From positions 1 to 58,590 of the forward strand of contig DATBIU010000008.1 in NCBI GenBank assembly GCA_036556765.1: a DNA stretch of 58,590 nt, given 5' to 3'. Shown here piece by piece: positions 56,286 through 58,590 of the stretch; the first letter of the stretch is position 1; every line of letters starts with the position of its first letter. This stretch comes from Gemmatimonadaceae bacterium. GTDB lineage: Bacteria; Gemmatimonadota; Gemmatimonadetes; Gemmatimonadales; Gemmatimonadaceae. Both the position numbers and the translations under genes were made by a program. Under the pieces are notes generated by a model that had not been told where the DNA came from, did no database searches, and worked only from the letters and a program-made list of their open reading frames with translations.

Positions 56286-56825
56286 ATGACCACGCCTCCG
56301 TCGCCGCAGTCGGATCCCATCGTCGTCGCCCTGAAGGACACTGAAGCCGAGCTTGCCGAGAAGCTTCAGGAGGCCTGCGTTCCCGACGCGAGGGAAGTGT
56401 CGGACGAATCCACCGCCGAGCTGGCGAAGCTGAGCGACTCGCTCCTCGCCGCGGCGCGCGCCGCGAAGGACGTGGTGTCCCTTCGCAAGCGGCGCCAGGA
56501 GCGGGCGGCGACCGACGGTGCGACGGCGGGCGAGACCATCCGCGAGTTCACCGATCGCGATGGCAGGGCGTGGCGGGTATGGGCGGTGACACCCACTCGC
56601 TCCCGCGGCTCGAAACGCGAGTCGAACCTCGGGGAGTTCGAGCACGGGTGGCTGGCCTTCGAGACGCTCGACGAGAATCTGCGGAAGCGTCTTCCGCACT
56701 ACCCCGCCGACTGGCACACCATGTCGGACGAGAAGCTCCAGGTTCTGCTTGGACTTGCGCTGGAGGCGCCCACCCGCCGCCCCGATGCGCGGCGGCCCGA
56801 TCCCCCCAGCCAGCCGCCGCGCTGA
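56286..56825 (+). CDS. Module A + module B fusion protein
   Basis: The N-terminal SDESTAELAKLSDSLLAAARAA matches the 7916-8200 product. The C-terminal IREFTDRDGRAWRVWAVTP...HGWLAFETLDENLRKRLPHYPADW matches the 55912-56211 product. Confidence 0.65.
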   Translation: MTTPPSPQSDPIVVALKDTEAELAEKLQEACVPDAREVSDESTAELAKLSDSLLAAARAAKDVVSLRKRRQERAATDGATAGETIREFTDRDGRAWRVWAVTPTRSRGSKRESNLGEFEHGWLAFETLDENLRKRLPHYPADWHTMSDEKLQVLLGLALEAPTRRPDARRPDPPSQPPR

Positions 56826-56828
56826 CGG

Positions 56829-57185
56829 TCAGGCGTTAGGCGTCCGACCGTTCGGCGACGAGGGCGCCTCGGGCGGCACGGCGGGAATCTCCGCCGAAGT
56901 ACGCCGCGTGCGCCGCGGCTGAAAGAGCGTTGGGTCGTCGTGCCATACCGCCGATGCCTGCGCGCGTGCGCCATCGTGGTCGTCGAACGACTGCTCCTGG
57001 TCGTAGAGCACCTCCGACAGGAGCTGCGCGGTGGCGTCCTCCGGCCAGTTGGCGCGGAGCTCCGCTCTCAGCCTGGCCAACTCCGCCGCGGACCGTGCGT
57101 CCGCGGCAATGTCCACGTATCGCTGATACTCCTCGCTTCGCATCCACCGTCTGGTCGCGTCTGGCATTCTCGCCACCTCGGGCAC
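56829..57185 (-). CDS. Hypothetical small protein
   Basis: An ORF of plausible composition that is convergent with 56286-56825. I recognise no family. Confidence 0.4.
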   Translation of the reverse strand: MPEVARMPDATRRWMRSEEYQRYVDIAADARSAAELARLRAELRANWPEDATAQLLSEVLYDQEQSFDDHDGARAQASAVWHDDPTLFQPRRTRRTSAEIPAVPPEAPSSPNGRTPNA

Positions 57186-57345
57186 GTGCGGAAGCCGTTA
57201 TCAATGCGCTATCCCGGTGCCCGATGCTAGGGGTGTCACCAGTCATGAACAGCTCATGTCATGTTAATCCCCTCTTAATGGGGGGAACACGCGTTGGGGT
57301 AACAAATACATGGGAGACATTCCGTACTTTCCGTCGTGATCCCGG

Positions 57346-58227
57346 GTGGCCATGCGTCGCGGTCGGGGTGGGGGCAGATCGCTGGTCTGGGCAGTGGCGC
57401 TGTGCGCGATCGGCGCCTGCGGCGGTGGAGCACGCCCGTCACCGGGGCCCAGCCCTGTCGAGACCACATGCGCGCTCGCGCAAGCGCCATCGATACTCGC
57501 CGACACGGCCACTCTCCACTTTCGCGCGCTCGACGTGCCAACCGCCACGTGCGCCCAAACGCTGGCGGCCGAGTGGCTTCGTCCGTGGGCGACGGGATCT
57601 TCCAGTCGCTGGACCGTTCGCATCGGCCTCAATCCCACGGGCGCCTCGGTGCGCCGGCTCGATGGCGAGGGCGCCCGCAACGCTGTCGACGCCGGGCACG
57701 CCGTGCTTGCGACGGAGGATCTCGAGCTCGTGGCCTATGCGTCCGCCCGGGCGGATCTGGAGGTCACGCCGCTGCCGTGGGACCGCACCTATCTGGTCCT
57801 CTCCCCGGCGCCCGTCGCCGCGTTAGGCGCAGGAGCCGGCCCCGATGCCGTGCGGGTCGATGCCCGCGCGGCGGAATCATGGGAATGCGAATTCGTCCCG
57901 GGTGGAACGCCTCCCGACACCACCCCCCTGCGATCGCGGCGCATCCTTTACGCCGTCGGCGACCGGACCGCGCGGGAGCTCGCCGCGCGCATCGTCGCGC
58001 TCACGGAGGACGGCGAGGTCACCGCCATCGGGAGGAGCGCCTCGGAGCTCGATAGCGCGCTCATCGCCGGTGACGAGCTGGGGTACGTCATTTCGGTCGC
58101 GCGAGGGTCTCGATGCGGCGCGATTACCGCGATCGCCGCCAGGGCGTCGTGGGTGGGCTCGCATTCACTCCGTCCGCTCGTCGACACGCGAGCCTACGGC
58201 ATCGCACCGCGGGAGCCGCGGCCATGA
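57346..58227 (+). CDS. Hypothetical lipoprotein
   Basis: Lipobox CAIGACGG. ATGA overlap with the downstream partial gene. Confidence 0.55.
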   Translation: MAMRRGRGGGRSLVWAVALCAIGACGGGARPSPGPSPVETTCALAQAPSILADTATLHFRALDVPTATCAQTLAAEWLRPWATGSSSRWTVRIGLNPTGASVRRLDGEGARNAVDAGHAVLATEDLELVAYASARADLEVTPLPWDRTYLVLSPAPVAALGAGAGPDAVRVDARAAESWECEFVPGGTPPDTTPLRSRRILYAVGDRTARELAARIVALTEDGEVTAIGRSASELDSALIAGDELGYVISVARGSRCGAITAIAARASWVGSHSLRPLVDTRAYGIAPREPRP

Positions 58228-58590
58228 CGTTTCGCGCCCGCATCTCCGTCGCGTTCGTCGTGGCGGCGACTATTCCTCTCTTCGTGCTCGCGCACGGCGT
58301 GCGACGCGAAGTCACGCGCAGGCTCACGGCCCAGCATGAACGCCGCGTGAGAACGCTCGTGGACATCGTCCGCCAGGACCTCGCGCGCGAGAGCGCGTCG
58401 ATCGCCGCGCGACTCGAGATTCTCGAAGCCGATCTTGCATCTGACAACCGCTTTCGGCTCGGCGCGGTTCGTGGCGATGACGCGCATCGGCGATACGTGC
58501 TCGATTGGGCCGAGGGCGCGATGGAGATCGCTGGACTTTCGGTGCTCCGCGTCTACGACGACTCGGGACGCATCGTCAGCTCCGGTCACT
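58224..58590 (+). CDS. N-terminal part of a membrane-anchored sensor protein (probably a histidine kinase); runs off the window end
   Basis: From the ATG at 58224 it translates as MTFRARISVAFVVAATIPLFVLAHGVRREVTRRL..., one TM helix followed by a periplasmic-type region. It is absent from the ORF track because no stop lies in the window. The kinase identity is inference only. Confidence 0.4.
   Translation, partial: MTFRARISVAFVVAATIPLFVLAHGVRREVTRRLTAQHERRVRTLVDIVRQDLARESASIAARLEILEADLASDNRFRLGAVRGDDAHRRYVLDWAEGAMEIAGLSVLRVYDDSGRIVSSGH

Noticed and set aside
57186-57345. Lower-GC 160-nt divergent intergenic region with a small tcccc...ggggga hairpin; considered as an sRNA or riboswitch.
   Set aside because: There is only a 5-bp stem and no recognisable riboswitch core. 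It is most simply the promoter region for the two divergent genes.
58194-58589. Minus-strand 131-aa ORF at the window end.
   Set aside because: The plus strand gives a start coupled by ATGA to the upstream gene and a clean TM helix. The minus-strand product is Arg/Asp-rich with no features.

Overview
High-GC (by eye roughly 65-70 %) bacterial chromosomal segment, densely packed with about 53 protein-coding genes on both strands. I found no rRNA, tRNA, CRISPR, integrase, transposase or phage genes. Gene content is mostly ordinary. It includes a CcdA/thioredoxin pair, three tandem amidohydrolases and a 2H phosphoesterase. There is a methyltransferase / PAS histidine kinase / HExxH operon, plus PAP2, a PLP decarboxylase and FabI. 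Also present are a beta-propeller/phosphoesterase fusion, a two-subunit GMC oxidoreductase and an ECF sigma / anti-sigma / VIT-vWA operon. A translationally coupled c-di-GMP module (helical-repeat protein, HD-GYP, PAS-GGDEF) is followed by aceB-aceA facing ppc. The rest includes rhomboid, a YciI/ECF-sigma pair, NhaA, proline dehydrogenase, SGNH and DUF2911. The repertoire resembles soil Gemmatimonadota or Acidobacteriota, but that is an unverified inference. The unusual signal is non-coding. About 20 gene boundaries (roughly one per 3 kb) carry palindromic elements whose two arms are short tandem repeats of 7-, 8- or 9-nt units. They fall into at least six sequence classes, and in complete copies the G-rich arm is always 5' and the C-rich arm 3'. 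They occur at convergent, co-directional and divergent gene junctions. Some are translated as C-terminal tails, a signal peptide or an anti-sigma linker, and one carries a 330-nt rod-like insert. I know of no named repeat family with this architecture, so I flag it as the main candidate for something undescribed. Secondary observations are a modular family of small proteins (module A alone, module B alone, and an A+B fusion) and the architecture of the c-di-GMP module.
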